A stretch of DNA of 50,891 nt, the filler included, from Dirinaria sp. TL-2023a (lineage: Eukaryota), in the NCBI GenBank assembly GCA_051941275.1. It is 3 parts of 3 records of this genome, joined end to end, with 100 filler letters (N's around TTAATTAATTAA, not from the genome) between each part and the next. Parts side by side here need not be neighbours in the genome. Positions count along the whole stretch, not along the records: positions 33,999 to 50,891 come from JAVEBF010000467.1; 2 more parts are not named here. One strand, 5' to 3'. Positions 47,742 to 50,891 of the stretch are shown here, piece after piece (the stretch's first letter is position 1; each line of letters begins with the position of its first letter). The position numbers were made by a program, and so were the translations under genes. The notes under the pieces were generated by a model that had not been told where the DNA came from, ran no database searches, and saw only the letters and a list, made by a program, of their open reading frames with translations.

Positions 47742-50700
47742 ATGCAGGTAAGTTTGAGATCATGTTCTGCACAAAGTGATCAAAAGGAGTGGAACAGTCT
47801 CTTGCTAGTGAAGAAGATTTGTGCTTGATTCCAGAACCCTGTGTCGTCGTCATTGTTAAGCGTACCGTTCCCGTTATCATACACAGCCCTTCTCCTTCGC
47901 GCTTTTGGACCGCCTCAAACTGTTTGAACCTCATTGACAAATCAATCTGTATTAGACTACTACTAGAAGCCACGACCTCGCTGGACAATATGCAGGGAGG
48001 AAGGGGCATACTCCACAACTATCCATAAGTGATGATAGCCATCATGTAACAGAGGCAATCCACAGTATGTACGGGGATCACAATTATGGACAGCGGGAGT
48101 CCAGGGCGCCGAGCGACACCAGGGTTGCGAGCGATATCAGGGCTCCGATTATTGCTGCTACCCCTCCAACAGACTCTAGTCATCGAAGAACCTCATCCTC
48201 GAGAGCCGAAAACGCTCGAACCTCTACCCCTCGCAGCAACAAGACGGGGCCAAACCCTTCGAAAGAAAAACCAAGCTCACAAGCGAATGGGAAGCGACCA
48301 GTGATATCATCGAGGGCCTATTCTTTCGAGACTGATAATGCACAACTCTCACCGACTCGTTCGCCGCGATCACGTTCCAATTCAGATACGGCTAACTCTG
48401 CCTTTCCCCTGAACAACGTTGACTACGAGTCGGACCCAGCGGCAGTCGCACAAGAGTTGAGCAACCTCCAAGCACTTCGCAGGATGTCTATGGACGTCAA
48501 CGCTGCAAGCGATCCGGATCTGCCTTCTTTCAGCTCTAGCTTTGGCATACCAAACGCGCCACCCTCAGGCGAAACCGATGAAGATGATAAGGCTGGGATG
48601 TTCTGGGTGCCGGCACGCCTTCATCCTGAGCTTGCGCCTACTGAGTTTCAAACCTTTCTAAATAACAAGGTGGAGTCGATCAAGCGACGATCGGGTGAAT
48701 TCTCTCTTTCACCAAATGGCATACAACGTGATGGATCAGGCGGCGGGTTGAAAAGGAAGAAGTCGATGCTGTCGCGTCAGATCGATAACTCCGGTGGAAA
48801 AGGTGCAGACGGTTACAGAGACGGAGCGGAATTACTAGAACGCAAGAAGTCCTTGTCCGGGGCTGATGCCTTGAACACTGGGATTTCGAATCTTTCAGAT
48901 CTGGAGGTCCTCGTGAATGACTCGGAGGCTGTGATGCAGAAGCTGAGCATTGATACTGGACAGCATGTGACTGGTGGGGAAATCTTGCCCGGTGAAGACA
49001 TGCCGATTCTTCCTGCAGCACCTACTGGAGGTTCGCTGCGAAGGTCTACTCGGACTACATACCGGAAGGGCAGTCTCAAGAAAGGGGAGCGACTTCCGTA
49101 TTCTAAGCGTGCTGCAAGAGCCGTTGAAGCAGATGGCGATGAAGCGGCGGCCTCGCCGTCTGTGCAGACTGGGAACGACTCACCCCTTGCACGAGTCCAG
49201 ACCGAACCACTACCTCCAACGCCAAAGGTAGTGGAGAATTTCTCACGGCCAGGCAGACCAAACAGGCGTGTCGGATCTCCTCAAACCGCAAATCCGACAG
49301 CTCAAGAGCGGGCTTCGACTTTTGCCTCCAGGCCTGACGCTCGAGACCAGCCGGTCCCGGGCCTGCCGCCAAAGCATTTCGTTTCCCAGATCGCCTCCAA
49401 TGGCCGCTCCAGTATTTCACCCCAAGTCTTTGGCGTACCTCAAATAGTGGAAACGCCTCCACCACCAGACGAGTCAAGAGCCACTCCTAAGCAGAATTAC
49501 CTACCAGAACGGGTCTCCTCGCATGAGCCTCCACCCTCTCTTCCGCCTCAAGGCCACCTACCACACGTTCCTTCCGCAGCTCGTCGGCAAAAGCCCCCGA
49601 CCCTGGTACGACCTAGTCAAAATGACAAAGGCAACCAAACACTGAAAGAGATGGCGGCTCACCCTTCGCCCTTGCCGGGGAACAGCACCAGAACAGATAG
49701 TCTATCCTTTATACCCACCCTCGCGGATGACAGGAAGGGAGACAACAAAAAGGTAAAAGATCGTAAAGAGAAGGACACCGCTGCTGAAGGCCCGAGGAAG
49801 TCGAGCTGGAGCTGGGGCTCGTTGTTGGGCAACGAAGAAAAGGAAAAAGAAAAGCGGCGTGAGGAAGAGGCAAAGAAACCCAAGGCGAAGCTCACACGGC
49901 CCCCGGATAAAACACATGACAACACAAGGCTGGACTTGCTGCAGACTACCATGGAAGGAAGCCGCGGGCGAGAAAGTCTCGTGCTTGATCGGGGCGATCT
50001 CAGGCTTGAAGAAGAGCGAAAGAAGGAAAGCAACCGCAAGACGTCTGGCGGTGACAAGAAGGAGAAGGACTCAGGCTTGTTCTCGTCCCTCTTCGGCGCT
50101 AAGAAGAAGGGCGAAAAAGAAGCTGTCAACAAGAAGCATTTCTCGAGGGGATTATCTCCTGAACCGCCACCAAGGATACTCAAGCCGGACATTGACTACA
50201 TGTGGACACGCTTCCCCATACTCGAAGAACGAGCTATATATCGGATGGCTCATATCAAGCTTGCGAACCCGCGCCGTGCGCTACACTCTCAAGTCCTGCT
50301 GAGTAATTTCATGTACTCGTATCTGGCGAAGGTTCAGCAGATGCACCCTCAACAGATCCAATCGCCGGCTCAGAAGCAGGCCGCGCAGCACAAAAAGGCC
50401 GATCAGCCCGAGGAGTTCTATCAATACCAGAAGTACCAAGAGGTGTGTTCAAGCAAGTACTTTGTATTCAAGCTTTCCCGCACTGACAACAAAACAGCAG
50501 CAGGCTAAATTACAGCAACAAGAGGAAACCCAGTCCAATCTGCAACGACCGAATCCTCAGATGCTGCAGCACGACCCAGACAGCTTATCTGACGAGCCAC
50601 TGTTCGAACAAGACCAGCGCGATAGCGGCAGGTATCGACCACAGTCTCGAGCGAGCCAGCACAATGGCCTCCAGGACTTCGGCAATGGCCACCCTAATCA

Positions 50701-50809
50701 AGGCCACGGCAGCCATCACTACCGCACCAACGCGCAGCATTCTTCCCCTTACCAATTCCAAGAAACGCAATTCGACGAGCCCGGAAGGTCGGCAGACGAG
50801 ATGTGGTGA
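47742..50809 (+). CDS. zds1: Zds1-like protein (PP2A-Cdc55 regulator); exons 47742-47747, 47956-50442, ~50498-50809
   Basis: Zds_C motif WTRFPILEERAIYRMAHIKLANPRRALHSQVLLSNFMYSYL; FWVPARLHPELAP; ELSNLQALRRMSMD; ATGCAG|GTAAGT first exon in phase. Confidence 0.92.
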
Positions 50810-50891
50810 GAGAGAGAGGCCGTTCACCACGTGGTGGATTCGATCGGCCTTGTCCCAAGTTGCATAGTAATGCGATGCATGGAATTGGGGG

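Noticed and set aside
45770..47743. Short ORFs and small palindromes upstream of zds1
   Set aside because: No coding signature or repeated structure; consistent with a long promoter/5' region.

Overview
Filamentous ascomycete (Pezizomycotina-type) nuclear DNA with short spliceosomal introns. The window is three contigs of almost equal length (1-16903, 17004-33898, 33999-50891) joined by artificial 100-bp spacers (44 N + TTAATTAATTAA + 44 N), so adjacency across the spacers has no biological meaning. Contig 1 is accessory. It holds an SDR whose catalytic YASSK motif seems to need a 1-nt exon, a dead FAD oxidoreductase, a MITE-like hairpin and an NLR-like NACHT-ankyrin-ZZ gene. It also holds a ~7-kb island of three genes: two unassignable, head-to-head diverged paralogues and a coiled-coil/Ulp1-like protease. 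Each of the three is preceded by 2-3 copies of the same ~29-bp motif, and two share a 92-bp upstream block at 88/92 identity. This island is the best candidate for an undescribed system. Contig 2 holds a highly reducing PKS inactivated by two Trp-to-stop changes, a sulfur-scavenging trio (methionine permease plus two TauD-family dioxygenases, with MetR/CYS-3-like sites) and an O-methyltransferase remnant. Contig 3 is housekeeping: gem1, creC, a creD-like arrestin, a BAR-PH protein and zds1. All gene models and family calls come from manual reading and recalled motifs; no database search was run.
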